A DNA stretch of 32,000 nt from an archaeon. Its GTDB lineage: Archaea > Iainarchaeota > Iainarchaeia > Iainarchaeales > JANQMZ01. A program made the translations under genes and the position numbers. Positions 25,501-32,000 of this stretch are shown here, in pieces; position 1 is the first letter of the stretch, and each line of letters opens with the position of its first letter. Where the stretch lies: NCBI GenBank assembly GCA_028279805.1, contig JANQMZ010000007.1, forward strand, positions 660,001 through 692,000, written 5' to 3'. The notes under the pieces are model-generated. The model ran no database searches and was not told the DNA's origin. It saw nothing but the letters and a program-made list of their open reading frames with translations.

Positions 25501-26415
25501 TTAAGCCCCGCCGACAAGTGTTGAGCCCAAAAAGGCTGATGCGTAGAACACAAAATATGCAATTAATAGGAGCATTGGAATGTATATAATACTTTTGGTA
25601 ATTTTTCCGTTTCTCATTATTGCAAGCATTGCTCCTATCGCAATAGCCTCAATTAAAACATAAAACTGCATTAAGTTTACAATTAATTCTTTTGCATTCA
25701 AAGAATTTTGAATAATTGTTTGAGGTAAATTTAAGCCTGATGCAGCAGTTTCAATAAAAAATGCAATAATTGATGAAACTAATCCGAAAATAAACGGTGC
25801 GACAAATGCTCCGGCTGCAACCATAAACATTGCCTGCATTAATGTTGATGACTTTCTTTCCTCCTTTAATCTGTTCATTTCCCTTATGTCATCTGCTATT
25901 TCATCCAAAACATTTGCCAGTCCCGCGCCGGCCTTTATTGAATCAATTATTATGTTAACCGTTCTTTTAATCAGCCTGCTATCAATATTGTTTGAAAATC
26001 CGAGCAAAGAATTTTCCAGGTTGCCTCCCTCTTCAATTCTTCTTAATGCTATTTCCATTTCATCTGTTAACGGGCCGTATTCTGCATTTGTTATTTCTCT
26101 TAAAGCGTATTCATATGTGCCTCCCGCCTTTAAAGTGTCAGCCATTTGTTTTAATGCATCCGGAAAAGCCTGTTCTATTAATTCAATTCTTTTTTCAGCT
26201 TTAAAATAAGGATATCCTGCAAACAAGTCCAGAAAAACAACAAAAACTATTAATGATAACAATGGTGATACTGGCAGTTTCAAAAAAGTTATTGTAAAAA
26301 AACTTGCAATTCCAAAACCTGTTGAAATTATTATTGAAAGTATTATCCAGATTTTTGGATTAATTTTCCATCCGTATTGTCTTAAATGGTTTTCATAATT
26401 TTTCCATGCATTCAT
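25501..26415 (-). CDS. Type II/IV secretion platform protein, TadC/GspF-like
   Basis: FPDALKQMADTLKAGGTYEYALREITNAEYGPLTDEMEIALRRIEEGGNLENSLLGF and TM segments; start MNAWK at 26415 follows the upstream stop. Confidence 0.85.
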   Translation of the reverse strand: MNAWKNYENHLRQYGWKINPKIWIILSIIISTGFGIASFFTITFLKLPVSPLLSLIVFVVFLDLFAGYPYFKAEKRIELIEQAFPDALKQMADTLKAGGTYEYALREITNAEYGPLTDEMEIALRRIEEGGNLENSLLGFSNNIDSRLIKRTVNIIIDSIKAGAGLANVLDEIADDIREMNRLKEERKSSTLMQAMFMVAAGAFVAPFIFGLVSSIIAFFIETAASGLNLPQTIIQNSLNAKELIVNLMQFYVLIEAIAIGAMLAIMRNGKITKSIIYIPMLLLIAYFVFYASAFLGSTLVGGA

Positions 26416-26416
26416 T

Positions 26417-27499
26417 TTAAATCCTCGGCTGCGTCCCATTAATGTATGAAATCATAAAAAGCAAAAGCAATGGCATTATCACCAAATATATTACCGCTAT
26501 TGACAACGGCGTTAAAGGAATTATTTGGAGTGCTCCTCCTCCGATTGATAACGGAACATTTCTTATTCCTCCTAACACCGCCACAAAAACCGGGAAAACT
26601 ATTGCTATGAAAATAAAAATGACCCCGAAAAAATTTAGCCTTTGGGCAAAATCTTTCATGCTGTTTTTTAATTCAAATGAAACATCTTCAGCTATTTCAG
26701 TCATTATATTTGACAAATTTCCGCCGGTTTTTAAGGCTCTGATTATGTGGGTTAAAGCATTCCTTAAAGGCTTTGATTCTGTTCTTAATGCCATATGTTT
26801 TAAGGCTTCTTTTGTATCTGTCCCTTCCTCTATTTCAATAATTGATCTTGAAAATTCTTCGGATAATGCGCCATAGTCTGCCATTGAAATGGTTTGAATT
26901 GTCCTGTATAATCCGAGGCCTGATTTTAATTCTGTTGCAATATGCCTTAATGCAAAAGGCAGTTCAACATTTATTGCATTTGCTCTTGCTGTTGATTTTC
27001 TTTTTGGAACCGACAGCATCACTATTTCAGCCATTAAAAAAGCCAGAATAGCTATGGGAACGATCAGTGCGGCATCCGGAAATCCTAAAAACAAGTTTAA
27101 GGCTCCGAAGACAAGCAATGAAAAAATTAATCCGATAAATCCTAAAATTGTTGAAATGGCAATCCATTGTTTTGCTGAATATTTCATATCAGCAGCATAC
27201 AAATAATATCCGAGTTTATCAGCAAAAGGCAGTCTTATTGTTATTTTTGTTAATGGTTCCAAAATTGTTCTTAACCCTAAATATAATCTGCCAAGCCTTC
27301 TTATCATCGGTGAATCAAAATCAACCAGATCTTCAACTCTTTGAATTTCTATTTCCGCTGCTTTCCCTTCAGTAATAATTCCGTGCAATTCGTCAAGGCT
27401 TTCTGTTTCAACGTTTAAATCTTCTTGTGAATATTTTTTTTTCATTCTTTTAACTATTTCTTCAACTTGTTTTGTATCAATGTTTTCATCTTCAGGCAT
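26417..27499 (-). CDS. Type II/IV secretion platform protein, TadC/GspF-like (second copy)
   Basis: LPFALRHIATELKSGLGLYRTIQTISMADYGALSEEFSRSIIEIEEGTDTKEALKHMALRTESKPLRNALTHIIRALKTGGNLSNIM; start MPEDEN at 27499. Confidence 0.88.
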   Translation of the reverse strand: MPEDENIDTKQVEEIVKRMKKKYSQEDLNVETESLDELHGIITEGKAAEIEIQRVEDLVDFDSPMIRRLGRLYLGLRTILEPLTKITIRLPFADKLGYYLYAADMKYSAKQWIAISTILGFIGLIFSLLVFGALNLFLGFPDAALIVPIAILAFLMAEIVMLSVPKRKSTARANAINVELPFALRHIATELKSGLGLYRTIQTISMADYGALSEEFSRSIIEIEEGTDTKEALKHMALRTESKPLRNALTHIIRALKTGGNLSNIMTEIAEDVSFELKNSMKDFAQRLNFFGVIFIFIAIVFPVFVAVLGGIRNVPLSIGGGALQIIPLTPLSIAVIYLVIMPLLLLFMISYINGTQPRI

Positions 27500-27500
27500 T

Positions 27501-29312
27501 TTAATCACCTGAGTTATCCAAATATTTTTGCATTTCTTCTGATACAATGCTCATTTCTCTTTTTTTTTCCTGAATAAGTTTTTTTAAAAAATTTTCTCTT
27601 TTTTTTAATTCTTCTAAAATCTGCTGGTTTGTTAATCCTGACAAGTCCTGTAATTTTTTCAAATAATTGCTCGGAATATTTGTTTTTTCAATGCTGTCTT
27701 TTGAAGCTGTTCTTTCAAAAAGAGTTTGTGTTTCAGGTTTTTTTTGTAATGCTCCTGTCACTTCTGACAATTCTGTTATTCTTCTAATTGTTCCTTTTTT
27801 TTTGTCATGCAACCTGTGCTGCACTAATACAAAGTCTAATCCTGATAACATTGTCACCGGAACATTCATTGGCGGGTTTGAAACTCTTATTATTGTTTCT
27901 TCACCTGAATTGGAGTGAACCGTGCCCAGAGAACCATCGTGCCCCGTGTTCATAGCGGTAAAAAGGGTAAAGGCTTCATCATGCCTTATTTCCCCGACAA
28001 TAATTCTGTCAGGACGCATTCTAAGCGAGTTTTTTGTTAAAATGTCCATTTTTATTTCCCCTTTTTCTTCTAAACCCGGAGGCCTTGCTTCTAATCTTAT
28101 CCAGTGTTCCAAAGGCAGATTTAATTCAGCTGTATCCTCAATTGTTACAATTCTTTCACTTTTGGGAACAAATGAAGCTAAAACATTTAATGTTGTGGTT
28201 TTTCCTGAACCTGTGCCTCCTGCAATTAAAATATTTGCAGGTCTTGTTCTAAGCCCTTCAACACATAACCACAGAAAAGCAGCCAATTCTATTGTTAAAG
28301 TGTTTGAATTAATTAAATCAATTATTGAATAAGGGTCTTTTCTGAATTTTCTTATTGTAAGACTTGAACCTGAAACAGATGCCGGTGCAATTGTTGCATT
28401 AACTCTTGAACCGTCCGGTAATTTTGCATCAAGCAACGGCGCACTAATGTCAACACGTCTCCCCACCTCTCTTGCTATTCTGTTAATAACATCGTTTATT
28501 TCATCATCTGAAAAAAATTCAATATTTGTTTTCATCATTTCATGTTTCCTATGAAACACGTAAACAGGTTTTCCTTTTCCTATAACCATTATTTCTTCAA
28601 GCTGGTCGTCCCTGATAAGCAAATCAATTAAACCATAGCCAACCATCTCCCTCACAACAGAATCTGCATAAAATTCAAATTTTCTTTTTGGAATTTTTAA
28701 TTCAGGAGATTCTTCCAGTATTTCCAAAATTTTCTGCCTGTAAACATTTCTTCTTTGTTCCGGGTCTCTGATTTTATATGGGGCGATTGAAATAAGTCTT
28801 GTAGCTGCCTCTTTTAATGTGTAAATTATTGATTTTTCGCTTTGATTTGGTTTTGGAACAGGAATATAATAATATAACAATGGCTTGCCGGGAATTTTGT
28901 AAATTTTTGTTTCTCCGTATGATTCAATTTCTTTTTTTTCCCCGCTTTTTAATTCTTTTTCTGCTTCAGATTGTTTTGGCGTTTCTTCTTTTGCAGGATC
29001 TTCAATTGTTTTTTCTTTTAATTCATGCAATGCTTTTTTTGCTTCCGCCGGAATTTCAATTTGTTCCTCTTTTTCAACAATTGGTTTTGCTTCCAATTCT
29101 TTTTCGGGAAACTCCTGTTTTTTTTCCAAAAATTCATCTGCTGGTTTTGTTTTTTGAACAGGTTTTTCTTTTAATTTTTTTTCAAAGCCGGTTTTTTGTT
29201 CTTTTTTTTCCAAAACCGTTTCATTTTTTTTTTCAGGTGCTTTTTCTTTTTCTTCTTTGGCTTTTTTAATCATGTCTTTCAAATAGTCAGCCACAGACAC
29301 ACCCACCAACAA
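27501..29312 (-). CDS. Type II/IV secretion ATPase (archaeal pilus assembly ATPase)
   Basis: Walker A GGTGSGKTTTLNVL; VTIEDTAEL; RMRPDRIIVGEIRHDEAFTLFTAMNTGHDGSLGTVHSNS; exact start uncertain. Confidence 0.92.
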   Translation of the reverse strand: MLVGVSVADYLKDMIKKAKEEKEKAPEKKNETVLEKKEQKTGFEKKLKEKPVQKTKPADEFLEKKQEFPEKELEAKPIVEKEEQIEIPAEAKKALHELKEKTIEDPAKEETPKQSEAEKELKSGEKKEIESYGETKIYKIPGKPLLYYYIPVPKPNQSEKSIIYTLKEAATRLISIAPYKIRDPEQRRNVYRQKILEILEESPELKIPKRKFEFYADSVVREMVGYGLIDLLIRDDQLEEIMVIGKGKPVYVFHRKHEMMKTNIEFFSDDEINDVINRIAREVGRRVDISAPLLDAKLPDGSRVNATIAPASVSGSSLTIRKFRKDPYSIIDLINSNTLTIELAAFLWLCVEGLRTRPANILIAGGTGSGKTTTLNVLASFVPKSERIVTIEDTAELNLPLEHWIRLEARPPGLEEKGEIKMDILTKNSLRMRPDRIIVGEIRHDEAFTLFTAMNTGHDGSLGTVHSNSGEETIIRVSNPPMNVPVTMLSGLDFVLVQHRLHDKKKGTIRRITELSEVTGALQKKPETQTLFERTASKDSIEKTNIPSNYLKKLQDLSGLTNQQILEELKKRENFLKKLIQEKKREMSIVSEEMQKYLDNSGD

Positions 29313-29410
29313 AAGAGCTTTTTTTTATTTAAACCTATCTTTAAACGGGTTTAGAGCAACTTTTAAACTTTTTTACACGGGAATTGTTAAACTAAAAAAG
29401 GTGTATTTTT

Positions 29411-29701
29411 TTGTCATTGGAATCTGATTTGAAAACAAAAGTAAAAAAATACAAGTCTTTGACAGAAACTGCTTTGAAAAAAGTTTCAGTGCTGGCTGAA
29501 AAAGGTTCAAAAGAACATGACATTGCTTTGGACTATCTGGATATGGCTAAAAATTATTTCAATGACGCATGCTATTATGAGCAAAAAGGCGATTTTTTAA
29601 CAGCTTTAGCTTCTTTTTCTTATTCTCACGCATGGCTCGATGCAGGTGTCAGGGCAAAAATTCTGAAAGGCTCTGATGATAAGCTTTTTACGCTTCCTTA
29701 A
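29411..29701 (+). CDS. DUF357-like helical protein
   Basis: ALDYLDMAKNYFNDACYYEQKGDFLTALASFSYSHAWLDAGVRAKIL. Confidence 0.75.
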   Translation: MSLESDLKTKVKKYKSLTETALKKVSVLAEKGSKEHDIALDYLDMAKNYFNDACYYEQKGDFLTALASFSYSHAWLDAGVRAKILKGSDDKLFTLP

Positions 29702-29741
29702 CCAAAAACAATTTAAAAAGCCGAACACTTATATTCCAATT

Positions 29742-30227
29742 ATGGCTTTATATGATGAAAATCCTTTAACCGGTTTAATTTCAGATTCCCAAAATCAAAA
29801 AATATTTTTAATTATTTTAACAATAATTGCAATTGTTTTGCTTTTTTTCTTTTATGTTCTGCCTTTTTTTCAGGCAAAACCTTTAAACTCAAATTTTAAA
29901 GACAATCCTTTAAATTTAAACCAGAAAAGTTTTACTATTTTAAATGTAACAGCCACAAACACAACCGGAAACTTTTTGGAACTGTCAACAATAAGAGTTG
30001 AAGCTGATGCTAAAAACGATTTTTATGTAGGAGGAAATCCTGTTGAAATTAAAAACATTTCAAATCTTGGAATAAATGAACAAAGAAAACTGCAGTTTGA
30101 CATCCGGCCGAATCCTTCAAGGCTTGGACAGGTTTTGCCGGGCACTTATAATTTTAAAATTGTTTTCACATCAAACAATGAAACAATTCTGGAACAAACA
30201 GCTGTACTTGTTGTTGAAAAAAATTAA
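29742..30227 (+). CDS. Single-pass membrane protein with beta-rich extracellular domain
   Basis: MALYDENPLTGL... TM IFLIILTIIAIVLLFFFYVLPF, followed by an Ig-like/beta-rich sequence. Internal ATG 29742 is preferred over the track start. Confidence 0.6.
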   Translation: MALYDENPLTGLISDSQNQKIFLIILTIIAIVLLFFFYVLPFFQAKPLNSNFKDNPLNLNQKSFTILNVTATNTTGNFLELSTIRVEADAKNDFYVGGNPVEIKNISNLGINEQRKLQFDIRPNPSRLGQVLPGTYNFKIVFTSNNETILEQTAVLVVEKN

Positions 30228-30234
30228 TTCACAA

Positions 30235-30250
30235 TTTTAAAGCTTTAAAA
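30235..30250. repeat. Perfect 16-bp palindrome between convergent genes
   Basis: TTTTAAAGCTTTAAAA reads identically on both strands. Confidence 0.85.
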
Positions 30251-30255
30251 AATGT

Positions 30256-30516
30256 TTAATATTTAATTTCAAAATCCTTAAAATGTTCCAATTCTTCAAA
30301 TTCAGTCACAACATTTTCAACTTTTGAAGCAGGAGAGCCCTTTTCAATTTTTTGAACAAATTTTTTCAAATTTTTTTCGATGCCCTGGGCAACACATTCA
30401 ACTTTTCCGTTTTCTAAATTTTTAACCCAGCCTTTCAACTTTAATTCTTCAGCCCATTTTTTTACATGTGCCCTGAAAAAAACTCCCTGAACTTTTCCGG
30501 AAACAAAAATATGCAT
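30256..30516 (-). CDS. acyP: Acylphosphatase
   Basis: MHIFVSGKVQGVFFRAHVKKWAEELKLKGWVKNLENGKVECVAQG. Confidence 0.93.
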   Translation of the reverse strand: MHIFVSGKVQGVFFRAHVKKWAEELKLKGWVKNLENGKVECVAQGIEKNLKKFVQKIEKGSPASKVENVVTEFEELEHFKDFEIKY

Positions 30517-30577
30517 TTTTTCCATATTAAACAAACTGAAAAACACTTTTTTTATTTTTTTTTATTTTAAATTTATT

Positions 30578-30892
30578 ATGAAAATTCTGCTTACAACAAC
30601 CAAAAATGAAAAAGAAGCTCAAAAAATTTCAAAAGAGCTTTTAAAACAAAAACTTGCAGCCTGCTGTAACATTATTCCCGGAATAAAAAGCTTTTACTGG
30701 TGGAAAGGCAGAATAGAATCAGATTCAGAATGCCTGCTTTTATGCAAAACCTCTGCTTTTAAACAAGAAAAAGCAGCTGAACTGGTTAAAAAAATGCATT
30801 CATACGAGGTTCCAAGCATTGAATCTTTTGAGTTAAAAAACCTAAATTCTGACTACAAAAAATGGCTTGAAACAACGTTAAAACAGCCTTAA
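30578..30892 (+). CDS. cutA: CutA-family protein
   Basis: KILLTTTKNEKEAQKISKELLKQKLAACCNIIPGIKSFYWWKGRIESDSECLLLCKTS...HSYEVPSIESFEL. Confidence 0.93.
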   Translation: MKILLTTTKNEKEAQKISKELLKQKLAACCNIIPGIKSFYWWKGRIESDSECLLLCKTSAFKQEKAAELVKKMHSYEVPSIESFELKNLNSDYKKWLETTLKQP

Positions 30893-30946
30893 AAATGGTT
30901 AATTTTGGCAAAAGCTTTTATTAACTTTATAATCCCTATTGTTATT

Positions 30947-31017
30947 GGAAGCGAGGGGTTCGGGTTCTATTTCATAGGCCTGATCAACCAACTCTCTTAG
31001 CAAACCCTTGCTTCCTC
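30947..31017 (+). ncRNA. Candidate structured small RNA of unknown family (possible extent to the T-run at 31025)
   Basis: Promoter-like AAAAGCTTTTATTAA at 30910-30924, terminal stem GGAAGCGAGGG/CCCTTGCTTCC, internal CTAT-TTC-ATAG hairpin, then a run of eight T. Confidence 0.6.
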
Positions 31018-31025
31018 TTTTTTTT
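31018..31025 (+). terminator. Poly-T archaeal-type terminator after candidate ncRNA
   Basis: TTTTTTTT directly after the closing stem. Confidence 0.5.
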
Positions 31026-31034
31026 GTGATTGTA

Positions 31035-31574
31035 ATGTCTTTGGAGCAGGTGCATTCTCAAATTGTTTCCTGCACCAAATGTTCCTTGCATGAAAACAGG
31101 ACAAATGCTGTTCCCGGTGAAGGGAACAGGAATGCAAAAATTTTTTTTGTAGGAGAAGCTCCGGGAAGAAATGAAGATTTAACAGGAAAACCTTTTGTGG
31201 GTTCTGCTGGAAAAATTTTAACACAGCTTTTGGAAGAAAACGGTTTTTCAAGAGAAAATGTTTTCATAACTTCTATTTTAAAATGCCGTCCTCCTAAAAA
31301 CAGAAACCCGCATCAGAATGAAATTAAGGCATGTTCTCCTTATTTAACCCGGCAGATAAATTTAATAAAACCAAAACTTTTGGTTTCATTGGGGCAAACC
31401 GCTTTGTCTTTTTTTTCAAAAAACTCTAAACTAAGTGAAAAAAGAGGAACTTTGTTTGATTTTGAAAATTTTAAAGTGTTTTCAACTTATCATCCTGCCG
31501 CAGTTATTTATAACAGAACTCTTTTATCTGAATTAAAAAAAGATTTTAAAAAAATTTCAAAACTTGTTGTTTAA
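31035..31574 (+). CDS. Family 4-type uracil-DNA glycosylase
   Basis: SCTKCSLHENRTNAVPGEGNRNAKIFFVGEAPGRNEDLTGKPFVGSAGKIL...SILKCRPPKNRNP...STYHPAAV; start MSLEQVHS at 31035. Confidence 0.93.
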   Translation: MSLEQVHSQIVSCTKCSLHENRTNAVPGEGNRNAKIFFVGEAPGRNEDLTGKPFVGSAGKILTQLLEENGFSRENVFITSILKCRPPKNRNPHQNEIKACSPYLTRQINLIKPKLLVSLGQTALSFFSKNSKLSEKRGTLFDFENFKVFSTYHPAAVIYNRTLLSELKKDFKKISKLVV

Positions 31575-32000
31575 TTTTTTCCTTTTATTTTGCTTGAACC
31601 TGGCCCTTTTTGTTTTAAGTATTTGCTTCCTTTTCTTTTATTGTAAGGTGTTTTGCTGGGACTTGACAATTCTTCAAAAGTTATTCTGCATATTTTCATT
31701 CCAGGCCAGAGTGAAACAGGAAGTTTTGAAATATTGGCAAGTTCAAGTGTTAGTTGTCCTTCAAACCCGGGATCAACTGAACCTGCAGTTGAATGAATAA
31801 CCAAACCTAATCTTCCAAGAGAGCTTCTCCCGTCAAGCCTTGCAATCAAATCGTCAGGCATTTTGACATATTCAATAGTGCTTGCCAGAACCAGTTCGCC
31901 CGGATGAATTGTAAAAGGTTTTCCTTTTTTTATTTTAATTAATTCTGTTAAATCGTTTGACAAGCCTTTTTTTGAATCAATATGAGTCATTTCAGTGTGT
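31571..32000 (-). CDS. dcd: dCTP deaminase-family protein (N-terminus beyond window edge)
   Basis: GELVLASTIEYVKMPDDLIARLDGRSSLGRLGLVIHSTAGSVDPGFEGQLTLELANISKLPVSLWPGMKICRITFEELSSP; frame is open to the window edge. Confidence 0.88.
   Translation of the reverse strand, partial: HTEMTHIDSKKGLSNDLTELIKIKKGKPFTIHPGELVLASTIEYVKMPDDLIARLDGRSSLGRLGLVIHSTAGSVDPGFEGQLTLELANISKLPVSLWPGMKICRITFEELSSPSKTPYNKRKGSKYLKQKGPGSSKIKGKN

Noticed and set aside
27667-29269. Plus-strand ORFs opposite the pilus ATPase (27667..27918, 27922..28332, 28034..28252, 28817..29269)
   Set aside because: Antisense of conserved ATPase motifs or of the K/E-rich tail, which gives Phe/Leu-rich nonsense sequence.
30947-31015. 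The 30947-31015 structure as a tRNA
   Set aside because: A 7-bp acceptor-like end can be drawn, but there is no TTCRANT T-arm, D-arm or usable anticodon arm on either strand.
31564-31800. Plus-strand ORF 31564..31800 downstream of the uracil-DNA glycosylase
   Set aside because: Antisense to the dCTP deaminase gene and of Phe/Leu-rich shadow composition.
1-32000. CRISPR arrays, transposons, toxin-antitoxin or phage-defence modules
   Set aside because: No regularly spaced direct repeats, transposase or integrase motifs, terminal inverted repeats or recognisable defence domains were seen.

Overview
This AT-rich window looks archaeal, and the gene content and compact architecture suggest a DPANN-type lineage (inference). 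Most of it is ordinary core gene content on both strands. Informational and housekeeping genes: Elp3 (partial), a Holliday-junction-resolvase-related endonuclease, PurF, Pelota, apgM, RNase P p30, L15e, a TtuA-like tRNA thiolase, Lsm, MinD, aIF5A, HtpX, LemA, MetG, MCM, acylphosphatase, CutA, family-4 UDG and dCTP deaminase (partial). I read two tRNA genes: Val-GAC, and Ala-GGC with a ~30-nt intron. Two regions encode archaeal type IV pilus-like proteins: four class III signal-peptide or pilin-like proteins at 5014-6652, and a fuller locus at 22944-29312 with five pilins (one a 47-aa ORF missing from the supplied track), a prepilin peptidase, two TadC-like platform proteins and an ATPase. The strongest oddities are: (1) aIF5A has Arg at the position of the hypusine lysine (KPGRHG instead of KPGKHG); (2) a probable short structured ncRNA at 30947-31017 with its own promoter and a poly-T end; (3) a tandem ~50-bp intergenic repeat whose two hairpins show compensatory changes; (4) a membrane-tethered winged-helix regulator divergent from a stand-alone asparagine-synthase domain; (5) an RNase P p30 lacking the usual N-terminal part. 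I see no CRISPR array, mobile element or clear defence island. All assignments come from reading motifs, with no database search.
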